A DNA stretch of 32,000 nt from Telmatocola sphagniphila (GCF_018398935.1 NZ_CP074694.1:3930001-3962000); one strand, 5' to 3'. Numbered from the stretch's first letter, positions 8,187-15,854 are shown. Program-made: numbers and translations. The notes: generated by a model not told the origin, from the sequence alone.

Positions 8187-9709
8187 GATGCATACCCTTT
8201 CAGGCCGAGGTCAGCTAAGTGCCGCCTCATCTCCGTCCGTGTCTTGCTAAGTTCGGCTTCCAGGCCTTCGATCTCAGTCTGTAAGGCTACGATGTCGATC
8301 ACTTCTTCGGCTTCAGACGTGTCCACATACCGCGGGATGTTGAGATTGAACTCGCTCTCCTCAATCTCCGATCGTTTGGCTCGATGAGCGTACTTGGGGA
8401 CACTCTTGAACTTCCGAACCGTAGCAACGATCTTCTCAATGTCCTCAGGCCGCAGCCGCGTTTGCTTCTTCTCATCTGCACAATCCCGGCTGGCATCGAC
8501 GAAGAGCACGTCCGTGGTCTTCTTCCCTTTGTGGAAGATCAGGATCGCCGAAGGGATCCCCGTCCCGAAGAACAGGTTGGCCGGAAGTCCGATGACCGTT
8601 TCCAGGAAGTTCTCTTCAATCAGCTTCTGACGAATCAGCCCCTCAGACCCGCCCCGGAATAAGACCCCGTGTGGGACGATGACCCCGACCCGGCCATCGT
8701 CAGCCACGGCGATTTCGATCATGTGGGTAATGAAGGCGTAGTCCCCCTTGCTCTTGGGGGGTGTCCCACGCCAGAACCGCTTGTGGGGATCGTGGCTGGC
8801 AAAGTCGGCTCCCCACTTGTCCAGGGAGAAGGGAGGATTGGCCACCACCACGTTGAACTTCATCAGCTTGTCGTCTTCGATGAGCTTGGGGTTTGTGATC
8901 GTGTCACACCATTCGACCCGAGCACCATCCTGTTCATGCAGGAACATGTTCATCCTGCACAAAGCCCATGTGCTTCCGTTGGATTCCTGGCCGAAGAGGG
9001 AGAAGTTCTTGCTGGTCTTCCCGGTATCGTCATGAACTTCTTTGGAGACCTGGATCAACAGAGATCCCGAACCACAAGCTGGGTCGCAGATACGGTCCCC
9101 GGCTTTTGGTTGAACCAACTTGGCCAGCAAGATCGAAACTTCCTTCGGCGTATAGAACTCCCCGGCCTTCTTCCCGGCTCCGGCAGCGAACTGACCAATG
9201 AGGTACTCGTAAACGTCGCCGATGATATCCCGTTGTCCGATGCGGGAAGGACGCAGATCGAGCTTGGGATCGCTGAAGTCGTCCAGCAGGTGCTTGAGCC
9301 GACGGTTCCGTTCCTTGGTCTGCCCCAGGGCCGGCTCGGAGTTGAAGTCGATGTTGCGGAAGACGTTCTCAAGCTTGGACTTGTTCGCGTCTTCGATTTT
9401 TTCCAAAGCGATGTTTATGAGTTCCCCGATGTTGGGGGCATCCCGCTTGGAGTACAAGTAATCGAAGTCACACTCCTCCGGCAGCGTGAACCTTTCCCGG
9501 CTCAGGGCACGTTTGACCCGTTCGGCGTCCCCCTTGTACTTCTCCTCATACTCCCGCTTCTTGTCCTTCCACAAGTCGCTGAGGTACTTTAAGAACAACA
9601 TCGTTAGGATGTAGTTCTTGTACTCGGACGGATCCACAGCTCCCCTGAATGTGTCGCATGCCTTCCAAACGATATTGTTGATTTCATCCTGGCTTATTGA
9701 TTCGTTCAT
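8183..9709 (-). CDS. hsdM: Type I R-M N6-adenine DNA methyltransferase subunit, 508 aa
   Basis: It has an HsdM_N-like N-terminus, the AdoMet motif DPACGSGSLL and the catalytic motif NPPF (VVANPPFSLDKW). Confidence 0.95.
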   Translation of the reverse strand: MNESISQDEINNIVWKACDTFRGAVDPSEYKNYILTMLFLKYLSDLWKDKKREYEEKYKGDAERVKRALSRERFTLPEECDFDYLYSKRDAPNIGELINIALEKIEDANKSKLENVFRNIDFNSEPALGQTKERNRRLKHLLDDFSDPKLDLRPSRIGQRDIIGDVYEYLIGQFAAGAGKKAGEFYTPKEVSILLAKLVQPKAGDRICDPACGSGSLLIQVSKEVHDDTGKTSKNFSLFGQESNGSTWALCRMNMFLHEQDGARVEWCDTITNPKLIEDDKLMKFNVVVANPPFSLDKWGADFASHDPHKRFWRGTPPKSKGDYAFITHMIEIAVADDGRVGVIVPHGVLFRGGSEGLIRQKLIEENFLETVIGLPANLFFGTGIPSAILIFHKGKKTTDVLFVDASRDCADEKKQTRLRPEDIEKIVATVRKFKSVPKYAHRAKRSEIEESEFNLNIPRYVDTSEAEEVIDIVALQTEIEGLEAELSKTRTEMRRHLADLGLKGYAS

Positions 9710-9776
9710 ATATACCGGTCCCCACTAGTTAAGATTCAATTGATCTATTCCATGAGCTAGTCACCGATTCAAGTAA

Positions 9777-11435
9777 TCAGGGCACCTGCTTTACACCCAC
9801 GGCGTAAGGCCAGGCTCCCTTTGCATTGAAATCCTCCATTAATTCGGTCAGCGGAATACATGGATAGTCGGAGATGAAGTACGAAGCATACGTTGGGTGG
9901 AGAGTAACCAACGCACCTGCAACACGAGTCGGGTTAATCACTGGTTTTTCGTCTAAAAGACTGGACAGGCCTCTGCAAACAGCTACAAGATTGTTCCGAA
10001 CCCACTCGACTTTTCTTTTTAGCTGATGAACGTATGGCTTTTTATCGGTGACAAAGCTGCTTATGTCGTCCCGAAAGTAGTTGGGCTCGAACCCACCATC
10101 GACCATCTTGTCTTCCAGGAGCGTAAGTAGCCCCTCGGCTGGAAAGAATCCCAAGTAGTCAATCTCGCCGATTTCCGAGGGAATAATCACACGGTCAGGA
10201 CCTATGCCGATCCCACCTTTAAGCGAAGCCTTTCCCTGGGCACCTAGGGCTATCATGTTCCGGGCTACTTCGGCCTCGAACCAGTTCCCGCCTTTGTTCT
10301 GAAGTGTCGCGAATGCTTTGTTGATGCTGACACTTTTCCATTCACTCGGGCACCTCTGGAAGAGCGTACCTTTCATCAACTCTAAGAGGCACTCCCGAGC
10401 CATGCATCTGGACCAGACCAGATGAGGGCCAGTCTTATGCGGCATTTCAAAGAAACCACGGCGGAGGGCTCGATATTCCTGCTTCGGCTTATAGATGAGC
10501 CGGCCTTCCAGCTGAGCCTTTGTCAGTGAAAATCCTTTGATAAATCGCTCCACCAAGGTTCGTTTGACACCTGTCAACTGGACTACACCGTCGATCATCG
10601 ATTCACGACGCACAAAGGGGACATTGAAGGATTTGGAATCGGGGACAATAACCTTATCAATCAGCTGTTGCAGAGCTTGAATACCCTGTTTGTAAGTAAA
10701 ACCGAACTCTGATTTGAAAGTGGAGTCTAACTCCATGGCCTGGAAATCCAAGTCAAAGCGAAGTGGTTTGCGGGCCAAATATTTTGACTGTCGAGATGCG
10801 TTGTCATCAATACGGTGGGGGAATTCATTGTAACGCTCAAAATCTTTTACGGTGATCGAGAGATAATCCAGACCACCCTCGGGGTGGATTTTCAGGGTTG
10901 AATCATTTGGGTGCAGTCCATGCGTCTGATCGCTCAATATGTAGAGCTCAACAAGCATTTCTCCGCAGATTACGATCGTGTCGAGGTTGAGAAGCAATGC
11001 AGCTGGGTCTAGAGTTGGAGCCTCTGGTGGGGCTAAGCCTGCTACAACCTCAGCTAGGTGCTTCAAAGCACGACGAATGATCGGTCCGTGTCGTGCCCAA
11101 TATTCCTGATCATCGGCGTTGAGGCTGCCTTTCTTCTGCTTCTCCAAAACTATGGCCGTGATGTCGTACTGTCCGAGAAGAAACTCCATAAGGTGGCGTG
11201 AAGATGTCTTTTGAATTTCGACTTTGAGCAAACGATAAAAGTGACCGAACTGGTATTGAAGAATCTCGTTGATTTTCTTTGAGTCGGAGTATGTACCAGA
11301 AGAATACCCCTCACGAAGGTATTTCACTGCCTCGTTTCGAGCCAGCTGCTCACTCTCCAAGCGGGGGCGAAAGATGGACACGCCCCCGATGCTCTTCACT
11401 TCCATTTTGTTCTCGGACAGAATTGGCGTCATCAT
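9777..11435 (-). CDS. 552-aa protein of unknown family with a C-terminal PD-(D/E)xK-like nuclease motif
   Basis: This is a long clean ORF. The ATG at 11435 has AAGGGGA 5-6 nt upstream and overlaps the stop of the upstream HsdS-like gene (ATGATGA at 11435-11429, minus strand). The C-terminal pattern is GNWFEAEVARNMIALG (E387), GEIDYLGFF (D426) and LLTLLEDK (E441-x-K443), spanning nt 10107-10289. By eye I found no Walker A, NPPF/DPPY or helicase motif. The confidence value covers coding status plus the nuclease-like call. Confidence 0.6.
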   Translation of the reverse strand: MMTPILSENKMEVKSIGGVSIFRPRLESEQLARNEAVKYLREGYSSGTYSDSKKINEILQYQFGHFYRLLKVEIQKTSSRHLMEFLLGQYDITAIVLEKQKKGSLNADDQEYWARHGPIIRRALKHLAEVVAGLAPPEAPTLDPAALLLNLDTIVICGEMLVELYILSDQTHGLHPNDSTLKIHPEGGLDYLSITVKDFERYNEFPHRIDDNASRQSKYLARKPLRFDLDFQAMELDSTFKSEFGFTYKQGIQALQQLIDKVIVPDSKSFNVPFVRRESMIDGVVQLTGVKRTLVERFIKGFSLTKAQLEGRLIYKPKQEYRALRRGFFEMPHKTGPHLVWSRCMARECLLELMKGTLFQRCPSEWKSVSINKAFATLQNKGGNWFEAEVARNMIALGAQGKASLKGGIGIGPDRVIIPSEIGEIDYLGFFPAEGLLTLLEDKMVDGGFEPNYFRDDISSFVTDKKPYVHQLKRKVEWVRNNLVAVCRGLSSLLDEKPVINPTRVAGALVTLHPTYASYFISDYPCIPLTELMEDFNAKGAWPYAVGVKQVP

Positions 11436-12028
11436 AATTTGTCCCCTTGTATTTGCAACTGACCGGTCATCAGCTTCCGGGAAACCGCCTGAAGGAGCAT
11501 TTCCCGTTTCGACTGGATCTCTGTGGTCAGTTCTCGTTCTCGATCAAACAAACGATGTAACTCGACAATCCGCCTCTGGACTGCCAACGGTGGCAGCCGA
11601 ATAGTGATGTCCTGGAAGTCGGTCTTCGAGATCAGGGGAATGTGGCTCCCTCGAACAAACGGACGCATGGCTTCCTGAAACTCTGAATGATTGATGGACC
11701 AGGCCAAAAAGCTCGGGTCCACCACTTTCGACTTCGGATGCACGATGTAAAAGTACCCGGTGGCGATGGTATCCCGAACCGGATCGGTCACCTCGGCCGC
11801 AAACTTACGATGGCCACGAGACAGAAACAGCAAGTCTCCCTGGTTCACTTCGTAAGCTTCCGGTTTGTCAACTTTCACCGGCAACAGATCTGACACATGA
11901 ATCCGGAGCCGGTCGTCCACATCCTTGATCTGGATTACCGATACGTTGGCCTGATCGCTGGCTGTGACCTTCCCGCGGAACTGATACCCAGTCCGGATGT
12001 CCGCAAGGTCTCGGAGTTTCTTCTTCAT
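11432..12028 (-). CDS. Half-size HsdS-like protein (one TRD plus one conserved helix), 198 aa
   Basis: The sequence has a Methylase_S-type TRD: LRDLADIRTGYQFRGKV...GDLLFLSRG...YFYIVHPKS..VDPSFLAWSINHSEFQ. It ends with LPPLAVQRRIVELHRLFDRERELTTEIQSKREMLLQAVSRKLMTGQL. I prefer the ATG at 12028 over the track TTG at 12040. Confidence 0.75.
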   Translation of the reverse strand: MKKKLRDLADIRTGYQFRGKVTASDQANVSVIQIKDVDDRLRIHVSDLLPVKVDKPEAYEVNQGDLLFLSRGHRKFAAEVTDPVRDTIATGYFYIVHPKSKVVDPSFLAWSINHSEFQEAMRPFVRGSHIPLISKTDFQDITIRLPPLAVQRRIVELHRLFDRERELTTEIQSKREMLLQAVSRKLMTGQLQIQGDKL

Positions 12029-12072
12029 CAATCTACCCAACTAGCTAGAGTGAAAGCCCTTGGATCAACTCA

Positions 12073-12100
12073 GGCTAGCTGCTTTCTCAAACAGCTAGCC
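12073..12100. promoter_or_regulatory. Perfect 9-bp palindrome GGCTAGCTG-N10-CAGCTAGCC in the gap between the SIR2-like and HsdS-like genes
   Basis: Read directly from the sequence. No clear U-tract follows it on the minus strand, so it is either an operator-like site or an intercistronic hairpin. Its function is unknown. Confidence 0.3.
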
Positions 12101-12119
12101 TTAATGGAAAATCTGCTGC

Positions 12120-13301
12120 TCAATTTGCTGAATTCTTCCCCTTCTTTTCGACTGTTCCAAAGTCTTGCGCATCCCAGACATGGGCAGAGCTAGCGTCAAA
12201 GAAATAGACGTCAGGTGGAGAACCGCTTCGGCGTCGAGTTTGGAATTTTCGAGCACGATCAATAATGGCTAGATTCCGCTCTGAGGTCGGTTCGCCGTAG
12301 ATCCCCACGAAGACCTTTGTTACCTTTCCCTTGTCGATGAGTTTCAGCAAGTGCTCGTCATTGTCTGCCAAGGAATGGCCATAAATGAACAGGCTTCCAG
12401 TGATGGCTGAAAAACTACGATATGCACGTCCAAGGAAATTGCTGTGCTGAATACGAGTTTTCTTCTGGTCAGACGTTCCTTCGGTAACAATCAGAGGATA
12501 CTCTCGTTTAGCAAGCGAACTCTTGATTTGGTCAATCAGAGCAACTGAAGTCTTGCTCCATGTAAATTTCAAAAGATCTGCACCAGCATCATAGATGTGA
12601 AGTGCACCATGCAAGTAAAAGATTCGCTGCTCATTTGTGTTCTGTACATCCCAGGTGACAAATTCTTCTTCACGGCCTTCTGGATTTCGAAATCCATCAT
12701 CAGATTTAACCCTAGGCTCCACTTCTGACTGCATCAATGTCCAATAAAGGAGAAGATCGTAATTCAAAGTGTAGATTTGCCCGTCGAAATTTGCGAGAAA
12801 CCTTTTGCAGGATGCATATTGCTCTGGCGTAATATCGTGAGGTCGTGAAGGGTGGTTTTCTGCGATAGTTTCGGCGAGCACATCCCGCAAATGGGCAGCT
12901 TCTTTTTTAAGAGTTTTGGCAAGCCTGGGATTGGATTTTTCGTATAGACTCACGAGGATTGCGGCATTTTCCAATGCCTCCATAACCAGTTCAAAATCCG
13001 TCGTTCCCAATTTGTCGAAAACATCCTGCATTTCTGCGGAAAGCTTTTTCGAATCTTTGGCCCGTTCATACAAGGTGTTGTAAGTGAAAATGGCGGGGCG
13101 AAGAGCAATACTGAAGCCGTTGCCCAGCATTAGATGCTTCTTGCCATGCTCGTCGGCAATACTCAGTGCCTCTTTAAACGAAATAGGTTCAATAGCTCTA
13201 ATTCTTGTTCGTTCTGTGGGTTTGTATGAAACCCCCGTGTGGTTCTCAACCGATCTGGCTTCCGAACCTGGTTTAATCGTTTTCGCCAAACTTCGAGACA
13301 T
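12120..13301 (-). CDS. DUF4917 / SIR2-like protein, 393 aa
   Basis: Three motifs are present: LMLGNGFS (aa 58-64), YTLNYDLLLYW (aa 177-187) and FYLHGALH (aa 228-235). They parallel the GAGxS / TTNYD / xLHG motifs of SIR2_2/ThsA-type domains, and I recall them as the DUF4917 signature. The ATG at 13301 has AGGGG upstream. Confidence 0.7.
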   Translation of the reverse strand: MSRSLAKTIKPGSEARSVENHTGVSYKPTERTRIRAIEPISFKEALSIADEHGKKHLMLGNGFSIALRPAIFTYNTLYERAKDSKKLSAEMQDVFDKLGTTDFELVMEALENAAILVSLYEKSNPRLAKTLKKEAAHLRDVLAETIAENHPSRPHDITPEQYASCKRFLANFDGQIYTLNYDLLLYWTLMQSEVEPRVKSDDGFRNPEGREEEFVTWDVQNTNEQRIFYLHGALHIYDAGADLLKFTWSKTSVALIDQIKSSLAKREYPLIVTEGTSDQKKTRIQHSNFLGRAYRSFSAITGSLFIYGHSLADNDEHLLKLIDKGKVTKVFVGIYGEPTSERNLAIIDRARKFQTRRRSGSPPDVYFFDASSAHVWDAQDFGTVEKKGKNSAN

Positions 13302-13412
13302 TCTAAACCCCTAACAATAGACAGGGGCAGAACTGGACTCTAGCACTAAGCCGTGATAGACTTAAGTTAGAAGGTTTTTACCAGAGCCAGATTTCTGCCT
13401 GCAAAAACTCCG

Positions 13413-13448
13413 AACCGGTTGGGTGTACTAGACCTAACCGGTTTTTTT
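13413..13448 (+). terminator. Strong terminator-like hairpin in a divergent intergenic region
   Basis: AACCGGTTGGGT (13413-13424), a 7-nt loop and ACCTAACCGGTT (13432-13443) form a 12-bp stem with one G-U pair. The stem runs into a T7 tract (13442-13448). An A5 run lies upstream (13403-13407), so it is partly bidirectional. No annotated plus-strand gene ends here. Confidence 0.4.
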
Positions 13449-13708
13449 CTATCCCCGGAGATTGGGTTCTGAGGTATACATAATACTTCAGGCTATTGAA
13501 TATTAGCTGACCTACCTGTGTCAGTCAATAGTTGTTTTGCGGTATGGTGCATACTTCATGATAATGAATTAGCATTCATCAACGCAAGTCTCAGATAAAT
13601 ACGCACTTGCGAAAAATTGGACTTTTTAAAATTTTGGCTCGATTCGGGTTTGAAATTCGCATTTCTTGCCTTGCGTAACTCCTAACAACTCATTTAGGAG
13701 AACACGAA

Positions 13709-14686
13709 ATGGCTCACGATCTAGCGACAACGAATAACAAACCTGCCTTCGCCTTTTACGGCGAAGAACCCTGGCACCGCCTGGGCCAGAAATTGGATCA
13801 ACCCGCTACGGCGGAACAGGCCATCGCCGCCGCCGGCCTGGATTACGACGTGACCCTGACCGAGGTCGCCACCGTCGACGGCATGATGGTGCCCCGGGCT
13901 CGAGCGGTCGTTCGGTATGACAATCAGACCGTCCTGGGTCTGGTCTCCAACCGGTACATCCCGGTGCAGAACAAGCAAGCCTTCGGCTTCCTGGATGCCG
14001 TCGTGGCCGACGGGGGTATCCGGTACCATACCGCCGGTGCCCTGGGACAAGGCGAGAAAATCTTCCTGCTGGCCAAACTCCCCGGACACATCCGTGTGAA
14101 GAACTCCGAAGATCTGGTCAACAAATTCTTGCTTCTATCCAATGCTCACGATGGTTCAGCTGCACTCAGGGTCCTGTTCACCCCGGTACGGGTAGTCTGT
14201 CAAAACACCCTGTCGATGGCACTGAACCAGGGGCAAGGCGAAGGTATCAGCATCCGACATCAGGGTAACCTAGAGGCCAAGATCGGTGAGGCCCAACGCG
14301 TACTCGGCCTGGCCACACGGTTCTACGACAATGCGGCAGAGAAGATCAATCGACTGGCCAGTGTCTACCCGACCGAAGCCCAGCTAAAAAATTACTTCGA
14401 GAAGATTTACCCCAGCCCCGAGGAAGAACTCGCGAAGAACTCCACCAAGAAAGCCCGGGCCGAACTGCACCGACTCTTCGAACAAGGCATCGGTCACAAC
14501 ATGCCGGAGATCCGGCACAGTCTCTGGACCGCCTACAACGCCGTCACCGAGTACGTCGACCACCGCACCTTCCGGGGTAAATCCGAACGGGATCGAGAAT
14601 CGAACCGCCTGCAAAGCATCTGGTGGGGTACCGCTGCCAAGATCAAGGAACGAGCCTGGCACCTGGCGATGCAACTGGCCGCCTGA
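13709..14686 (+). CDS. DUF932 (phage/plasmid-related, TIGR03299-like) protein, 325 aa
   Basis: The N-terminus PAFAFYGEEPWHRLGQKLDQPATAEQAIAAAGLDYDV and the motifs GEKIFLLAKLP and LLSNAHDGSAALRV..TPVRVVCQNT are typical of DUF932. AGGAGA lies 7 nt upstream of the ATG. The gene is clearly GC-rich; one 60-nt line counted 70% GC. Confidence 0.85.
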   Translation: MAHDLATTNNKPAFAFYGEEPWHRLGQKLDQPATAEQAIAAAGLDYDVTLTEVATVDGMMVPRARAVVRYDNQTVLGLVSNRYIPVQNKQAFGFLDAVVADGGIRYHTAGALGQGEKIFLLAKLPGHIRVKNSEDLVNKFLLLSNAHDGSAALRVLFTPVRVVCQNTLSMALNQGQGEGISIRHQGNLEAKIGEAQRVLGLATRFYDNAAEKINRLASVYPTEAQLKNYFEKIYPSPEEELAKNSTKKARAELHRLFEQGIGHNMPEIRHSLWTAYNAVTEYVDHRTFRGKSERDRESNRLQSIWWGTAAKIKERAWHLAMQLAA

Positions 14687-14722
14687 TTCTTCCTTCAGCC
14701 TAATCCAATCCCAACTCAACTC

Positions 14723-14740
14723 GGACCGGTACGCCGGTCC
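14723..14740 (+). terminator. GC-rich hairpin after the DUF932 gene
   Basis: The structure is GGACCGG-tacg-CCGGTCC, 37 nt after the stop. Only a weak T-rich tail (ATTCTCAT) follows. Confidence 0.3.
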
Positions 14741-14753
14741 ATTCTCATGAGTA

Positions 14754-14797
14754 CCCCATCGAATTGAGTGGGGTAATTCCTGGATTTCTCGAACCTA
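14754..14797 (+). repeat. Copy A of a 44-bp repeated intergenic sequence (18-nt identical core CCCCATCGAATTGAGTGG)
   Basis: The core at 14754-14771 is identical to 26509-26526. In the following 26 nt, 16 positions match (GTAaTTCCT..AT....C.AACCTA). Confidence 0.75.
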
Positions 14798-15007
14798 TTC
14801 CAAAAAGCCTTGGGGAAAATGAGCGTTCACATACAGCAGGGAATATTAGACCAGAAAGAGATTAAGACGCAAGAAGGAACTCTGGTGAGATTTTTGATCT
14901 CCGATGTGTCGCGATCTATGAAATTTGCTTTCTCAATTCAGTTCTGAAAGAAAATGCTTTCTTTGGATGGGTTGTTAGTTAGCTGAATCGAGTAGTCTTA
15001 TCCAGAT

Positions 15008-15601
15008 TTATCCCGATTGAAGTCCTCGGCTCACTTTCGATTGAATTCGTTTGAGTATGCGTCGAACAGTACGCTCGGAGCATCCCATTTTCGTTGCAGC
15101 TTCTTCGTTCGTATTTTGCTGAAGTTTGATTTCGACTAGTTGCCTTTCTTCATCGTCTAAATCGGCCAACAAAGCTTCAAACTCCTCTTGAAACTCCACC
15201 GCGTCGACATTCGTGGGATGTGGATCAGCCAAATCGAAGTCTTCGCCGTCAGTATTTCTTCCCATAGGTGAGTTTAAGGGACGTTCTCGCTCAATATTCC
15301 GTTTCTGACGACGGTGATATCGGGCTTTTTCACGCACCTTGGTCAATGTAATGGCGCACAATAGCTGCCAAAGACTTTCGCTGTCGGGAAGCTGGAACTC
15401 GCCCGCTTGTGCTCGACGAAGAAATGAAAGACAAACCGACTGACAGACTGACTCTGGACCAACGCGGCGCCGCATTCCATCTGCGAGGTATTTGTCGGCA
15501 ACTCGCTGCAGCATTGGAGCATAGCGTTCGCAAAAGACTCGCGCAGCTTCTGGATCTCCCCTCGTCAAGCCTTGAATGAGCCATTCGTCATCTTGCGGCA
15601 T
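15008..15601 (-). CDS. ECF-type RNA polymerase sigma-70 family factor, 197 aa
   Basis: The C-terminal region-4 HTH is EEAATKMGCSERTVRRILKRIQSKV, and a region-2-like segment lies N-terminal. GGAGGA is upstream of the ATG. The gene lies 253 nt downstream of a kinase gene on the same strand. Confidence 0.85.
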   Translation of the reverse strand: MPQDDEWLIQGLTRGDPEAARVFCERYAPMLQRVADKYLADGMRRRVGPESVCQSVCLSFLRRAQAGEFQLPDSESLWQLLCAITLTKVREKARYHRRQKRNIERERPLNSPMGRNTDGEDFDLADPHPTNVDAVEFQEEFEALLADLDDEERQLVEIKLQQNTNEEAATKMGCSERTVRRILKRIQSKVSRGLQSG

Positions 15602-15854
15602 AGATTTCCTCCAAATAGCGATCTAGTTGAACGGTCGGAACAATTGAAATATGCCTTTGCTGACCAAGTATATTCATTTTGATCGATTGGAATTGTGATC
15701 CAGACAATTTTGCAGAGAATTCGTAAGTTGTTTTGGCGAGAAGGCTAACTCTTGTCAAGGAGTGAATTGAAAAGGACAAAGGTTGTTAATTGGAGAAATT
15801 CGTAGTCATTAGGGACACCGGTAAGTGTTCCGGAACCACTAATCTCGAAATAGA

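Noticed and set aside
6861-12040. I considered a phase-variable (shufflon-type) hsdS system involving the extra half-hsdS.
   Set aside because: Both S genes are in the same orientation. I saw no shared DNA-level repeats between their conserved regions. No recombinase or invertase gene is present, and there are no simple-sequence tracts.
14819-14947. A 42-codon ORF (MSVHIQQGILDQKEIKTQEGTLVRFLISDVSRSMKFAFSIQF) follows copy A of the 44-bp repeat.
   Set aside because: It has only a weak GGGGA upstream and no recognisable features. It shows no similarity to the 170-aa ORF that follows copy B. It is too short to call without conservation or expression data.
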